DNA of 64,000 bases from a virus (Duplodnaviria > Caudoviricetes): IMG/VR virus record IMGVR_UViG_3300020202_000071, positions 1,754 through 65,753 of that record; one strand, 5' to 3'. The position numbers were made by a program, and so were the translations under genes. The notes below the pieces were generated by a model. That model ran no database searches. It saw only the letters and a program-made list of their open reading frames with translations, and was not told the DNA's origin. This document shows positions 63,833 to 64,000 of the stretch, one piece after another. Each line of letters starts with the position of its first letter. The stretch's first letter is position 1.

Positions 63833-64000
63833 ATGCGAACCCGTTTGCTGATCCTGACGCTGCTGCTGGCCCTGGCCGTACCAGTCCACGCGCAGAACAC
63901 GTCGACGACCATGATGGCGCTCGTCTCGTCCCCGCAGTTCACCAACCGGCTGCAGTACCTCGGCGCACAGGTGGCGAAGGAAGTGCTCGAAGAGGCGGCC
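63833..64000 (+). CDS. Signal-peptide-bearing protein, 3'-truncated
   Basis: GGAGG RBS; MRTRLLILTLLLALAVPVHA-Q. Confidence 0.65.
   Translation, partial: MRTRLLILTLLLALAVPVHAQNTSTTMMALVSSPQFTNRLQYLGAQVAKEVLEEAA

Larger units (their letters stand above)
1..64000. mobile_element. Temperate tailed phage genome (podovirus-like), attP form, circularly permuted, nearly complete
   Basis: Terminase, portal, capsid, ejection proteins, lysozyme, integrase and cI/cro are all present. Phage genes lie on both sides of the att core. No tape-measure or sheath gene and no host housekeeping genes are recognisable. Confidence 0.93.

Noticed and set aside
1-64000. Long antisense and alternate-frame ORFs (e.g. 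5970-7757, 39482-40804, 54492-55880, 57814-58908, 45572-46357)
   Set aside because: Arg/Ala/Pro-rich shadows of real genes, expected at this GC content. Only overlaps with clear motifs or an RBS were kept.

Overview
This window is most of one temperate, high-GC (roughly two-thirds G+C by eye), podovirus-like tailed phage genome in its unintegrated or circularly permuted form. No host chromosomal genes are visible. Gene order: tail/nozzle and ejection proteins including a 2,300-aa polyvalent protein (1-15.6 kb); lysis (15.7-19.4 kb); excisionase-like gene, attP and tyrosine integrase (19.7-21.5 kb); HicB/HicA-like pair and leftward membrane/lipoprotein genes (21.8-25 kb); cI/cro switch with three operators (25.1-26 kb); early recombination, replication and methylation genes plus many small ORFs (26-50 kb); terminase, portal, an atypical tRNA-Met, scaffold, major capsid and further virion genes (47-64 kb). 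The most unusual items are: (1) a terminase intein whose HNH endonuclease is a separate gene nested in another reading frame; (2) a free HNH gene carrying a duplicated N-terminus of the neighbouring ATPase; (3) an attP carrying the 5' half of tRNA-Arg(TCT) overlapping the integrase stop; (4) a three-copy covarying RNA hairpin over late-gene start regions; (5) a structured ncRNA cluster at 32.0-32.5 kb; (6) Sec-type signal peptides on genes in the virion module. All product calls come from motif recognition and synteny only; no database searches were run.
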